In this document: positions 28,095-41,707 of the stretch, piece by piece
Position numbering within the stretch: position 1 is the first letter of the stretch
Layout of the letters: each line of letters opens with the position of its first letter
Assembly (NCBI RefSeq): GCF_018350175.1
Contig: NC_058368.1
Coordinates: 168,890,001-168,954,000 of the forward strand
From: Felis catus
Lineage: Eukaryota
DNA length: 64,000 nucleotides
Direction: 5' to 3'
The notes under the pieces: generated by a model
What the model was told of the DNA's origin: nothing
Database searches by the model: none
What the model saw: the letters and a program-made list of their open reading frames with translations, nothing else
Translations under genes and position numbers: made by a program

Positions 28095-30010
28095 TCACAT
28101 TTTTGTGTTTTTGTTTTCTTTGGGTAAATACAGAAGTGGAATTGCTGGGTCACATGGTAGTTCTATTTTTAAATTGTTGAGGAACCTCCATACTGTTCTA
28201 ATAGTGGCTGCACCAAGTGGCTGCACCAATTTACATTCTCATCAACAGTATACAAGGTTCTCTTTTCTCCACCTCCTCACCAGGACTTGTTATTTCTTAT
28301 GTTTTTGATAATAGCCATTCTAACAGGGCTAAGATGATATTTCATTGTGGGTTTGATTTGCATTTCCCTGATAACTCAGGATGTTAATTATCTTTTAATG
28401 TATCTATTGTCCTTTCATTTATCTTCTTCAGAGAAATGTCTATTCAGATCTTTTGCTAATTTTTAAATTTGATTATTTGTTTTTTTTTTTTTGTTAGTGA
28501 CTTCAGTTCTTTATATATTTTGGATACTAACTCCTAATCAGATGTACAGTTTGCAGATATTTGTTTCCCATTCTGTAGGTTGTATTTTCACTTTGTTGAC
28601 GGTTTCTCTGGCTGTGCAAAAGCTTTTTAATTAGATGTAGTCTCAAAAAAATAATTTGATATATTCTCACTTGTTTCTTTTGCTTTTGTTGCTTTTATTT
28701 AGGTGTCAGATGCTAAAAATCATCACCCAGGCTTAAAGAGATTACCACCTATGTTTTCTTAGGCTTTATTATTTCAAATCTTAAGTTTAAGTTTTTAATG
28801 CATTTCAAGTTAATTTTTGTGTATGGTAAAAGATGGTGGTCTGTTTTCATTCTTTTACATATGAATATCCAGTGTTCCCAACACAATTTATTGAAGAGAC
28901 CGTTCTTTCCCCATTGTATATTCTTGGCTCCCTTTTCATGAATTAATTGACCATCTATGTTTGGGTTTATTTCTGGGCTCTTTATTCTGTGCCATTAGTC
29001 TATGTGTCTGTTTTTATGCCAATAGCATACTGTTTTAATACTATAGTTTTGTAGTGGAGTTTGAAACTAGGGACTGTGGTGCCTCCAGCTTTGTTCTTTC
29101 TCAAGATCGCTTTGGCTGTTCATGGTCTTTTGTGGTTCCATACAGATTTTAGGATTGTTCTTTTTAATTTCTGTGAAAAATCCCATTGGGATTTTGATAG
29201 GGATTGCATTAAATCTGTACATTACCTTAGCTAGTATGGACATTTTAACAATATTATATCTTTCAATCCATAAGTATGGAATATTTTTCCATATATGTCT
29301 TTTTCAGTTTCTTTCCTTAATACCTTGTGGATTTCAGAATACAGATTTCTCACCTCCTTGGTTAAATTTATTTTCAGATATTTTATTCTTTTTCATACAG
29401 TTGTAAATGACATTGTTTTATTAACTTCTTTTTCTGATACTTAATTATTAGTGTATAGAAATAGCAGATTTTCTGTACAAATTTTGTATCCTGCAACATT
29501 ACTGAATTTATTTATTAGTTCTAACAATTTTTTGATGGCATTTTTTGGATTTTCTGTATAAAATAGCATGTCATCTGCAATAGTGACAGTTTTACTTCTC
29601 TCTTTCTATTTGGGGTTCATTTATATCTTTGTCTTTCCTAATTGCTCTGGCTAGGACTTCAAATACTATGTTGCATAAAAAAGCAAAAGTGGGCATCCTT
29701 ATTTTATTCCTGATCTTAGAGGAAAAAACTTTGTTTTTCACCATTGAGTATGATACTAGCTATGGGCTTGTCATATATGGCCTTTATTATGTTGAGATAC
29801 ATTTCCTCTATACCCACCTTGTTGACAGAGCTTTTTTTTATCATAAATGGATATTAAGTTTTATAATGCTTTTTCTGCATTTATTGAGATGATCATATAA
29901 TTTTTTTCATTCTATTAATGTAATGTATCACATTGATTGATTTGCATATGTTGAACCATGCTTGCATCCCGAGTATAAATCCCATTCGATCATGGTGAAT
30001 GATCCTTCAC
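28095..30010 (-). mobile_element. L1 ORF2 segment (about 1.9 kb), antisense
   Basis: Continuous antisense L1 motifs: agtggaattgctgggtcacatggtagttctattttt ... gttgaaccatgcttgcatccc. Confidence 0.9.
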
Positions 30011-30350
30011 ATCTGTTAAATATGCTGCCTTTTATGCACTTTACTTAATATCAGGTACCTCATTTGCCTTTTAATATCAATTACCTTCTTGAAAACAAGA
30101 ATGAAGCTACATAGTGTGAGATTTTAACAATAGTGGTAAAGTAAAAGAAGTTGAAACCTAGTGGAGAAAAAAAAAAGGTTTGTGAGTCACCCTATCAGAG
30201 AGTCAGGTGTCACAAAGAAATTGTATTTAGTGTACAAGATCACTTGTAATGAAATTTTGTTGGATTTTCACACCATTTTGAATTGTCCTTACTATATAAA
30301 TTAACTTCAAAATCTATTCTAGTTTGGCTGTTTAACCAGAAAGCCTTTTT

Positions 30351-30577
30351 TTTTTTAATTTTTTTTTTTTCTCAACGTTTTTATTTATTTTTGGGACAGA
30401 GAGAGACAGAGCATGAACGGGGGAGGGGCAGAGAGAGAGGGAGACACAGAATCGGAAACAGGCTCCAGGCTCCAAGCCATCAGCCCAGAGCCTGACGCGG
30501 GGCTCGAACTCATGGACCGCGAGATCGTGACCTGGCTGAAGTCGGCCGCTTAACCGACTGTGCCACCCAGGCGCCCC
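30351..30577 (-). mobile_element. Young SINEC_Fc, copy 1 of a tandem pair
   Basis: Full length and CpG-rich; flanked by agaaagccttttt. Confidence 0.97.
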
Positions 30578-30590
30578 AGAAAGCCTTTTT

Positions 30591-30808
30591 TAAAATATTT
30601 TTTTTCAACGTTTATTTATTTTTGGGACAGAGAGAGACACAGCATGAACGGGGGAGGGGCAGAGAGAGAGGGAGACACAGAATCGGAAACAGGCTCCAGG
30701 CTCCGAGCCATCAGCCCAGAGCCCGACGCGGGGCTCGAACTCACGGACCGCGAGATCGTGACCTGGCTGAAGTCGGACGCTTAACCGACTGCACCACCCA
30801 GGCGCCCC
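30591..30808 (-). mobile_element. Young SINEC_Fc, copy 2 of a tandem pair
   Basis: Full length; flanked by agaaagccttttt. Confidence 0.97.
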
Positions 30809-32173
30809 AGAAAGCCTTTTTTTTAAAAAAAGTACTTTAACTTAATGTATTTTATGACATCAATAATTATGGCATTCAGAATATTTTTTATAAATTATAT
30901 ACATGTCTTATTATTGGGAATTACTTCAGAATTTAATTTTTCAGCAATAGTCTTTCCCTTTACAACTCATTTAAAAAGAGTATTGATTTGTTATGGACCA
31001 TTTACATTTTAAGAACTTTTGGAAACTCTGTCCTTTAACCTAATTGAAGCAGACCACTTACTCTGGGCCATCCATCAGGGTGATACTCCTGGTTTCCTGG
31101 CCTTTTCTGGACCTCCCAAGAGTTCATTTTTATTACTTGTATTACTTTGCTTTCCATCTAGTTTCACTGCCTTGTCATTAATCTACTTATTTGACTTTCC
31201 TTCCTCTGTGTCCAGTCACCACTAGGCATATCATTTTGGTCACTAACAACCACACAAACAGAAATAAAGTAGTAATGGCAAAGGAATGGATATCACACAG
31301 CTACCATTATTATTGTGGCTTAAAAAAAAACTTTTTCAAATTTGACAAATAGAAGGGCTTTATTTTACATAAGATTTCCAAACTTATTATCTGATTAGTT
31401 TTTTATAATCATAAATAATCTGTTTTACCCTATATAGTACTTAAGTATTACTACAATTTCTATTTTATAGAGGAGGAAGTTATGGATCATAAAGGTCATT
31501 AGTGTAAACTTACAATTCAAAAGAGTTTCTGAAATAAATCAGCCAGTATAGTATTAACTATTACCAGTACCCCCAAGGAGTTGTAAAAGTCCAAGGCAAG
31601 TCCAAAAAGTGTCTGAGAATATTTCATAGTGGACCAACAGCCATGTGAGGAATATCTACAGTATAAGAATACAAAAGGAGAAAATTTAGACATATACTAC
31701 TAGTGACCTCCTTCTTCACCCCATATCACAGAGCAATTAAGGCTCAAGTATATGTCCACGGAATCTACAAACTATCACAGTATTAGTAATCTTAACTAAT
31801 ATTTGTGCAGTTCCTGGTGGTTTATTAGTTCATTAATAATCAGAACTTTTCCCCCTACTCTTCACTGTTAAAAAGTGATTCAAATCTGCATGACTAACTT
31901 AATGTTCATTATTTATAGATTCCCATCTCTGAGTAATTTCTCTACATCTGTCTTAAAAAGAGTAGTCATTGTCTGATTTCCAGCTTCTTTTTTTCTCATG
32001 TATGAATAAGTCTGGAGAATTGAGCCTACTCACACTGATGTCCTTTTGTCTTGCGCTTCCCTCAGGAATAGGGAGTGTACCTCTAATTGGGGCTTTTTAC
32101 CTGTTTTCTTTCTTTCACATCATCTAAGCATGAGAATAAGAAGGTGATAAACTGCTTTAAAGTAGACAACTGT

Positions 32174-32398
32174 GGGGCACCTGGGTGGCTCAGTCAGTAA
32201 AGTGTCTGACTTTGACTCAGGTCATGATCTTGAGATTCACGAGTTCGAACCCTATGTCAGGCTCTGTGCTGACAGCTCAGAGCCTGGATCCTGCTTTAGA
32301 TTTTATGTCTCCTTCTCTCTTTGCCTCTGTCTCTGTCTCTCAAAAATAAATAAGTGTTAAAAAAATTTAAATAAATAAATAAAAATTTTAAAAAAAGT
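32174..32398 (+). mobile_element. Can-SINE
   Basis: ggggcacctgggtggctcag head; TSD aaagtaga(c/t)aactgt. Confidence 0.95.
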
Positions 32399-32681
32399 AA
32401 AGTAGATAACTGTTGTAGAAACTCGTTATATATTCAGTAAATATTTACCAGTTCACTCTTACATGATGGACATAGTTAAACACTAGGAATATAAAAGATC
32501 GTAATCTCTTTACCTTCTAGGAGTTGACCTCTAGGAGCTTATATCTGGAAAATTTTGCCACCAACAAATATGTGTGGAAGATCCACATTATTTTCTAATA
32601 TTTGAATAGTGTCAGAATTGATTCTTACATAACTTATTTAATCCACAAGAGAGATAATTATAAATTGGATTTTGAAATAAT

Positions 32682-32730
32682 TTTTTTAACTTTTTGTTTT
32701 AGAGAGAGAGCACAAATGAATTGGGGAGAG

Positions 32731-32783
<53 letters not shown>

Positions 32784-32906
32784 CTTAAGCAGGCTCCAGG
32801 CTCAGTGATGAGCCTGATGCTGGGCTTGATCCCATGACCTTGGGATCACAATCTGAGCCAATGTCAAGAGTTGGATGCTCAACAAACTGAGCCACCGAAG
32901 AGCCCC
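32682..32906 (-). mobile_element. Can-SINE with expanded (GA)n
   Basis: Antisense SINE; (GA)n at about 32736-32780. Confidence 0.92.
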
Positions 32907-35445
32907 TAAAATATTTTTGTGTACAGTTGGAAGTCAGATAAACAGTGTCCTGGTTGTAGAAGGAAGACTAATCAATGTAGATACTAGAACCCCTATGAAA
33001 GATTCTGGCTTGAAGCACTGGAGCCAGGCAGGAAAATGATGCCCAGAAACGGTTAGAGTTATATCAAATAAATGTATTCAGGGTGGTGTCATGTCAGATT
33101 AGATCCTGCAAATTTTTAGGGTGCCTTTCCCCCATGCAAACTGCCCTGCATTGTGCTGGCAGATACTGTAGCTGAGCCATGGGCAGCTCTACAGCTCTCT
33201 TTCTCATCCTGACCTCAATTCTAGACTGAATGCTAACGTGCTCTTGGAATCCTTTCTGGCAATGTGGAAATTACTTTAAAGGATTCATTTCCTTTTGTCA
33301 GTCTTCCCACATTGTTTGAGTGAATTGTTACCTCACTATGGTCTACATTAAAGACAGTAAGGTTTTTTTAATTTAATGATGACTTTTTAAAAATAAATCC
33401 ATTTGGGCTTTTTTTTTAGGTACAATGAGAAAGTGTAATAGGGTTAATGGAAGATTCTGCTTACACAGGCATTTTTCTGTCTGCTTACTCATTAAGCTTA
33501 TATTCATGTCATAAAATGAAAATAATCCCAATAAGAATTGACTGACAATAATTTGAATGCCTGTGTAATCCAAATTCTTTTGATGGTGTCTCTCTAGCCT
33601 TTAACCTATCATTTTCCTGACACCTGTTTTAACTGCGTAATTGCACATAGTCTTGTATGAAATGACTTACCTACCAGGCTGTGACTCCTGGGAATTGATG
33701 ATGGAGGACCTGGAATACTGTTGTGAAAGGTGACATGGGTAATAACTTAATCAACAAATCTATATAAGCAGTTAATGAAATGTTTACTGTTTGTAAAATA
33801 CAGTTACATGAGTTGTGAAGGGAGAGAAGATGTATTACCCATTTTGAGTTGATGATATTGGTAAAAGCTATCTTTTGTTGGAAGAGGAAGGATGATGCTC
33901 AAGGATTTTAAGTCTGAATAATAGGAGTGAATTAGCTGGTAAACTATAAGGCAAGATTATTCCATTTTCTTGCCAGAGTTTGAGATCTAAAAAGAAAGAA
34001 AGTTTTTACCAGTCCAGAAGTGAATAATTAAGAGTTTGGCCTAAAGCAGTTAATGGTAAAGGCTTAATGGCAGAGGCACCGAAGAGGATTGTAAAACTGG
34101 ACAAGCAGGATGAAATATGTTAGTAAACACATCATTATTCTCAGATTGCTTGAATCAGATATCAGAGAAATGATAGCACTGATTGTCAGGTAGGGGGGAG
34201 TTGGGAATGGAGGAGAATAGCAGAAGAGCTCCAGTTTTACCACCAGATCATACAGATAACAGAGCTACAGTCCTCAGGGAGAGATGTTATTGGGTAGTAA
34301 GAATGGAGAACTCCTGCAGCTAATAAAAAAAGACTGCATGTGAAGTGTCCAAAGTAGAGCATATTATGACTGGGAACCCAGAAATGGTGCCTAAGTAATC
34401 ACCACATTTCTACTTTCTACTGGACTGAGCTTCTGGGTCTGTATTCAACCTTAGTGGTCGTTCTAGCCCAACTTCTCCATGTAATGGATGAAATCCAGAG
34501 AAATTGAGTGCTCTACCTAACTTCCTACAACTAATTACTGACCAAGTTGGGATGACAAGGCCTTCTGCAAATTTATATAGTGAAACCCCATTAAAGTAAA
34601 TCTTAAAAACATAAAAACTTTTTTTCCCCTTAGATTGCTAGAATTTTACTGCATGCATGCTTATTATCTCTTTCCTGAAAGTAGTTGTCCTAAGGAAAAT
34701 ATTTAAGACTAAATTACTTTAGTGTATCTTTTCCCCACTTAGTTTTAAGAACATTCAGTGTAATTGGGAGCCTCTTCCTTATGATCTGAATTAGGAGGAA
34801 TATGGTTGATACTCAAACATTCTTGTGCTTCCAGAAGATCATAATTGTTTCTAGCACAGACTTACCATTCTACCAGAAAAACTCCAAATAAGGCATGAAT
34901 GTTTATTTCATATCCTAAGTAAAGTTTAAAGAAAAATCTATTTTCACTAATACAGTGCACCTGATTTAGCTTTTCTTCCTAAGCAGTGAAGTAGGAGAAA
35001 ACTTGAGTATTCATCAGTGGTAGTGCTAATTTAGCACAAAAATTTCAGCAAGATAAAAATACAAACAAATATAAACAGAAATTTGAGTCTTGGTTCTATG
35101 AATGTTTACTTCTCAAGAGCTCTTTCTTTTAATTTATATCTATTCCTTTAAAAATAAGTACAGGTGTTCTTTCTTTGTTTTCCTCTAATTACATCCTGCT
35201 CCATCCTTCAAAGCCTTACCTACCTTCTGAATTCTTGTCCAGACCTACAAGGCACATTTCAATACATGTTTATGAACCATTACAAAGTACTACTAATGCA
35301 TCTAGTTAGCAATTGTTTCACTATTATTTTACTTACTATAGTTTATTTCTGAAATACCCATCTTTCTTATTTGATTGAGAACAACCAGAAGATAGAAAAT
35401 CTGTTTTTATTGTTAGTAGACCTTCAGCAAGTTACCTAGAATTGT

Positions 35446-35551
35446 ATGAAATTCTACAAATTCTATATAATTCTGTATATATTCTTTGAATATTTTTCTT
35501 CTCTCAAATTCTTTGAGGTTCTACTCTCAAATTCTTTGAATATTTTTCTTT
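35446..35551. repeat. Complex local tandem duplication cluster
   Basis: attctttgaatatttttctt at 35481 and 35531; ctctcaaattctttga at 35501 and 35524. Confidence 0.85.
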
Positions 35552-36139
35552 TTGTATCCTTTCTAGAAGAACTCTTTGCCTCTGCCTAATGTATCACAAG
35601 AGATTTTCTGTGAGATGGCCAGCAGATAAGCTTAACTGTCACTTGAGAGGCTGCACACTGTGTGGCCTGCCAGGAACCCCCCATGACTCCCTCTCATATG
35701 GAAGATTCTTGTGTTCCTCACTGTCATATGTGCCCCACTTGATACATGACAAATGCTTGTCCTTTCAGGACATAGTCACTGATCTATACTTGGAAAGCTG
35801 CTGTAGCCAAGAGAATTCTCAACTATAGACAAAATACATGGATTTGAGACCCAGCATTGCCTCTTGGTAGTATATTAGGAAAGTCAATTCATACTGAAAG
35901 TATTATTAAGAGGGTTCACTGAGATAATACCTATGATGGCATATAGTCATAAACTATTAAATACGTGCAAAATGCTTTTAATACCAAACTCCTCCACCAA
36001 GGGTTTTACTTCTTAGGGAAGGGGCGTATTTTTCCTGATCCTCATTGAAATCCCAGTGTTTGTGGGCTAAGTACTACTTGTAGTAAGATATTGCCAAATA
36101 ACTATATTTGTTATTCTCTCTTAGAATGTCAACAGTTTT

Positions 36140-36352
36140 GGGGCGCCTGGGTGGCTTATTCAGTTGAGCGTCCGACTTCGCTCAGGTCACGATCTCACAG
36201 TCCGTGAGTTCGAGCCCCGCATCAGGCTCTGTGTTGACAGCTCAGAACCTGGAGGCTGCTTTGGATTCTGTGTCTCCCTCTCTCTCTGCCCCTCCCCTGC
36301 TCATACTCTGTCTCTCAAAAAATAAAATGAAACATTAAAAAAAATTTTTTTT
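36140..36352 (+). mobile_element. Can-SINE
   Basis: ggggcgcctgggtggc head and A-rich tail; degenerate TSD aatgtca..agt.tt. Confidence 0.95.
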
Positions 36353-36482
36353 AAATGTCAGAAGTCTTAGTATATTTGCCTGAGATAGATCAAGTTAAGG
36401 ATTTAATTGCTAGAAATCCATTCTAGGAAATTTTAATATCTCTAATTTTTTTTATCCAATATGGAAAGTCATCTTTTTATCA

Positions 36483-36683
36483 ACATTTATTTATTTTTGG
36501 GACAGAGAGAGACAGAGCATGAACGGGGGAGGGGCAGAGAGAGACGGAGACACAGGATCGGAAACAGGCTCCAGGCTCTGAGCCATCAGCCCAGAGCCCG
36601 ACGCGGGGCTCGAACTCCCGGACCGCGAGATCGTGACCTGGCTGAAGTCGGACGCTTAACCGACTGCGCCACCCAGGCGCCCC
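36483..36683 (-). mobile_element. Young SINEC_Fc with almost no polyA tail
   Basis: CpG-rich; TSD aaagtcatctttttatca at 36465 and 36684. Confidence 0.96.
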
Positions 36684-37419
36684 AAAGTCATCTTTTTATC
36701 ATTGACTATTCGTTTTTGTGAAAATATATCAAATGCATCATTTTGTACTTTTCTATTCTGAGTGCTAAAATAACATAGCTTTCTCTTCTAAGCAAAAGCA
36801 GGACTTAAATTCTCCTGAAGCAAATATTTGAAGTTAGAAAGATAGAGTGAACCCATACATGGGGATTTCTCTTAGTGTTTCTGAAGAAATAGTTTAGACA
36901 TGGTATCCTAGCATACTTAAAAACAAAACCTTACTTGAAACCTGAAATCATACAGAAAATAACCAACTTCCCATTACATAAAAAGGCTCTTCACATATTT
37001 GCAAACAGCTTTGATATCACCTTAAATGTTTCTTTCAGGATATCAGAACATTTTCACTTACATTTTTTGTACTGTAGGTAGCATGCCTTTTATGTCTTCA
37101 TCCAAATTATTAATAAAAATAGTGGGACAAAAAGGATTAAGCCTGCAATTCCAAGCCATCCATACCCCTAATAACTTTTTCACAGATCTCCACCAATCCT
37201 TAAATTCCAGGAGTATCATTGTTCAGCCTACAAATCCACTTAACCATAATACTTGCCAGCTCACCTCATCTCCATTTTAACCACAGGATTGTAATGATGG
37301 GTCAAATGGCTTGCTGAAACGTTATTGTATTATATTTATGGCCTTCCTCTAATGAATTTTTTATAGTATAAAAAAATCTAGTAAGTTTTCTGTTAAAGTA
37401 TTTTGAGAGATACTCTTCC

Positions 37420-37765
37420 ATTGATCTCTTGTATTCCTGTTTGTCTTACTGGGTATGCCAAGATCTGACTGATCTCTACCTGCGTCATTTCTCAGGGATG
37501 TGTTTGTAGTGAGCAACTTTGAGGGATGAGGTAATGTCTCCTTCTGAGACAAAGAGCAGGCTTGCTTACTGTCTGGTGTCTAGTGGAAGCTTTCCCCAAA
37601 CTCCTTTCCTGTAACACATTCTACTGTGTGTACAGGCATCCCGTCTGGGCTTATCCATAACACCCCCATGTTGGGCCGTGAATAATAAAGTCCTTCATCT
37701 CTGACCCATGAAGAAATAACAGGCTCTAACTTATTAGCTTGTAAGTAGGGTTAAAATCCTAGAAC
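37420..37765 (+). mobile_element. ERVL-type LTR fragment (MER21/MER68/MER77-like)
   Basis: gtaatgtctcc...gacaaagagcaggcttgcttactg...aataataaagtccttcatctctgaccc...ttagcttgtaagtaggg resembles that LTR group as I recall it. Confidence 0.55.
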
Positions 37766-38627
37766 CAAGAAAGCGTAATACATAGAGAGGAGTACACTAA
37801 TCATAAGTATATAGCTCAAATTATCACAAAGAATACACACCATTTTCCAGACTTACAGAATAGATTAACCTTGCATGTTTTTGAACTTGGCATAAATGGA
37901 ATCAAACCTTACATATTCTTTTGGTCTAGATATCTCTTCAGCATTGTGTTAATGAGATTCATCCATATTTTGGTTGCAGGAGTGCATTAATTTCATTGCT
38001 ATAGGTTATTCTATTGTACGAATACAACACAACTTATTTTTCTGTTCAACCATTTATGGACATTTGTATTGCTTCCAGTTTGGGGCTACTATGAATTAGG
38101 TTGCTTTGAATATTCTTATGTATGTTTTTTGGTGCACATGTCTGTTGGATATATCTATCTGGAGTTAAACCGCTGGGTTACCGTGTATACATGTTTAGCA
38201 TTAGTAGAAAGTGCCAAAAAGGGTCCCATGTTGGCTACAATTTACATCCCCACTAACAGTATGTGAGAGTCTCAGTTTCTCTACATCCTTGCCAAAATGA
38301 GCTATGATTGGGCTTTTTAACTGTAGCTATTCTGGTAGATATAAAGCACTAAGATATTGTGGTTTTAATTAGCTTTTTTAATGACTAATTACGTTGAACA
38401 TATTAGCATATACTTCTTGGCCCTTTGTATAGGCTTTTTAATGAAATGCCTTGTTGAAGACTTTTGCTCCTATTCTCTTGGCTTGTCTTTTTCATATTAG
38501 TTTGTAGGAATTTTTTATGTATCTACATACAATTACTTTGTTCATTACATTATAAACATCTTCTTTTACAGTATGGTTTAGTTTTTCACCACCTTAATGA
38601 TGTTTTGGATGAACAGAAGTTCCAAGT

Positions 38628-38865
38628 GTGTTTTTTTTTTAAAACAACCTTTTAAAAATTATTATTGAAGTTAATTTATTTATTTTGAGAGAGAGAGTGC
38701 ATGAGTAAGGGAGGGGCAGAGAAGAGGGGCAGAGAGAGAATCCTAATCCATCTCCACAAAGTGCAGAGTCCGACATGGGGCTCAAACCCAAAAACCATGA
38801 GATCATGACCTGAGCTGAAATCAAGAGTTGGATACTTAACCCACTGAGCCACCCAAGGCATCCCC
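38628..38865 (-). mobile_element. Can-SINE inserted in L1
   Basis: TSD agaa(g/t)ttccaagt. Confidence 0.92.
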
Positions 38866-39627
38866 AGAATTTCCAAGTTTTAATGCAATGGAATTTATCC
38901 ACTTTTTTCCTTTTTGAGTATAGCTTTATGTGTCCTATCCCTATGGTCTTATTTACCTGCGTTTTTTTCCAGAAGTTTTTTTTTTTGTTTGTTTTATTTT
39001 ACATTTAGGCACACGATTTACCTGGAATCTTTTTTTTCATTTATAGTATTGCATACATCAGAATACATTCCTTTTTATTTCTCAGTAGCATTCCGTTGCA
39101 TAAATATGCAGATATTTAGAGATTTTTTTTTTCCAGTTTGGGACTGTTTGAATGACAGTGCCATAAATACATTTGTACACGTCTTCTTATAGCCATATGT
39201 TTTCATTTCTTCTTGGTAAATACACAGTAGTAGAATTAATTGCTAGTTCATTCTGTAGATGTAAGTTTAATTTTATTATAAACTGTCAGTTTTCCCAAGT
39301 GGTTATAGCATTTTACACATCTGCCAACACTATAGGAGAGCTTCAGTTATTCTACAAGTTTGTTAGCATGTGGTGTTGTCAGTCTTTTTAATTGGCTTTT
39401 TAATTTCATTGGATTTAAAGCCAATGTAATATGTGTGAGGTGATACCTTATAGTGATTTCTACTTGCATATCCTAATAATAAACGACATTGAACTCTTGG
39501 CATGTGCTTATTAGCCACCCCTATATCTTTCTTTTGATGTTAGTCTTGCCCGTTTTTATTGTGTTGTTTATCTTTTGTTACTAAATTGCAGGAGTTCTTT
39601 ATATAACCTGGATAAAAGCCAGTTTTG

Positions 39628-39757
39628 AAAGCCTGGGAGATCCATTGCACAAAAAAGTGGATATACTTAACAGTTCTGAACTGTATACCTAGATAGTAAA
39701 GTTGCTAAATTTGGTTATTTGTCATTTTTACCACAATTATGTTTTTTTAACTTAAAG
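39628..39757 (+). mobile_element. Short L1 3'-terminal fragment
   Basis: atatacttaacagttctgaactgtatac...tttttaccacaatt; flanked by the TSD-like aaaagcca(g/a)tt. Confidence 0.65.
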
Positions 39758-41489
39758 AAAAAGCCAATTCTATGGCTTACCTATTACCTATTCACTTTTA
39801 TAATGTCTTTTAATGAGCAAAGGTTTTGTTTTATTTTAAATTGGATGAAGTCCATTTTAATTTGCCTTCTTTTTCTTTGTTTTCTTTTATGGTTACTGCT
39901 TTTGAGTCCAAAGAAATCTTCTCCTCTATCAAGATCACAAAGATATTTTTCTACATTTACCTTTAGTAGCTTTGTACTTTAGTTCTAGAAGTCCTTTCAA
40001 TTAATTTTGTGTATGATGTGAGGTAGAGATTGAATTTCTTTTTTCCCATGCACTTATCTAGTTCTTTCAGTACCAGTTCTTTACAAGAATTTCCTTTCCC
40101 CAGTGAATTGTTTGGTATCTATGTGGTAAATGAAACAGACACATGTAGATGCATTTATTTCTGAACTCCGTTCTATTCTATTGATCTACTTGGCTATCCT
40201 GAAGCCAGACACTTCCTTGACAACAGCTTTATAGTAATACTTAAAATTGGGTGGTCTGTATCTTCCCAATTTGTTCTTTTTCAACATTTTCTTTATTTTA
40301 GATCTTTTGCATTTCCATAAAAAACTTAGAAGGAGCTTGTGAAATTCAACCAAAAAAAGCTGGCTTGGAATTTGATTGGGATTGCATTCATTCTATTGAT
40401 TATTTTGAGAAGACTTAACTTTTAACACTCAATATTAATCTTCCATTTTATGGACTTTATATATTATTGCATAAAATTTCTACTTTTAAATTTGTCTTAG
40501 CAGTGTTTTATAGCTAACATTCTAAAGGTGCAACATATCCTTCTTTAAAATTATCTCATAGTATTTTGTTGTTGGTGGTGGATTTTTTTGATGCTGTTAC
40601 AAAGGATATTTTTCTAATTTCAGACTATCTCTTGATTCAGCCAGTACAAGCTGAATACAGAGAGTTAAGATAATCTCAGGTGGATGAAATTATCAAGAGG
40701 TCCTTCCAAAAAGAGCAGTCTGTCATAGAATCACATGGAAAGATACTTGTACAGAGACATGTGGTTCACCTAAACAAGAGTTATCATTAGTGAGTGAAAA
40801 AATCAGAAGATAGTCTGCTGTAGGCTACCTTGGATTCCTGATGAGTGATAGAAAAATGTTAATACTTTGCTTCTTGTGGAATGAGAATGGCAGTTAAGAT
40901 TGACATGAAAGGAGGGAGAGAAACAGATAATCAGACTTGGCTTTAGTAAAAGACAGTGGATTGTGGATGGGGAGGGTCGCAGGAAAATTTATGTTCTCAA
41001 TATATATGTGTTTCATGTGTGAATGTGACATAAGGATGATTTATGAAAATATATAAATTTAATATGCCACATTTACAGAACAAAGCTCAAAATCACAAAA
41101 TCATCTTGATTGATGCAGAAAAAGCATTTGACAAAATTCAGTGAATGAATGGAAATTACCTCAGCGTAATAAAGTTCATATAAAAAAAAGCTCCCAGCTA
41201 ACATTATAATCAGTGGTGAAAAACTGAAAACTTTTTCCCTTAAGAGTAGGAATAAGACAAAGGTGGCTACTCTCAACACTTCTATTCAACATAATACTAG
41301 AAGTTTTAGCCAGAGCAATCAGTCAAGAAAAAGAAAAGGCATCCAAATCAGAAAGGAAGAAGTAAAATCATCTGTTTTCAGAAAACATGATCTTATTTAT
41401 AGAAAACCCTAAAGATTCCACACAACAAAACTCTGTTAGAACTAATAAAAAAAATTCAGCGAAGTTACTGGACACGAAATCAGCACTCA

Positions 41490-41634
41490 GGGGGTGCCTG
41501 AGTGGCTCAATCGGTTAAGTGTACAGCTCTGGATTTCAGCTCATGTCATGATGTCACAGTTCTTGAGTTCAAGCCCTGCATCTCAGGAAATTTGGAGCCT
41601 GCTTGAGATCCTCTCAAGCCCCTCCCTAGCGCTC

Positions 41635-41684
<50 letters not shown>

Positions 41685-41707
41685 AGTAAATTAAAAAAAA
41701 AAAAAAG
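41490..41707 (+). mobile_element. Can-SINE in L1, with (CT)n expansion
   Basis: gggggtgcctgagtggctcaatcggttaag head, (CT)n and polyA. Confidence 0.9.

Larger units (their letters stand above)
37780..40620 (-). mobile_element. Nested old antisense L1 fragments
   Basis: Repeated antisense L1 motifs (ttccagtttggggctactatgaa, tttgattgggattgcatt), interrupted by a SINE and a short L1 tail. Confidence 0.7.

Noticed and set aside
30283..30840. ORFs such as GQRETEHERGRGRERGRHRIGNRLQA (also at 36461)
   Set aside because: These are translations of antisense Can-SINEs, not genes.
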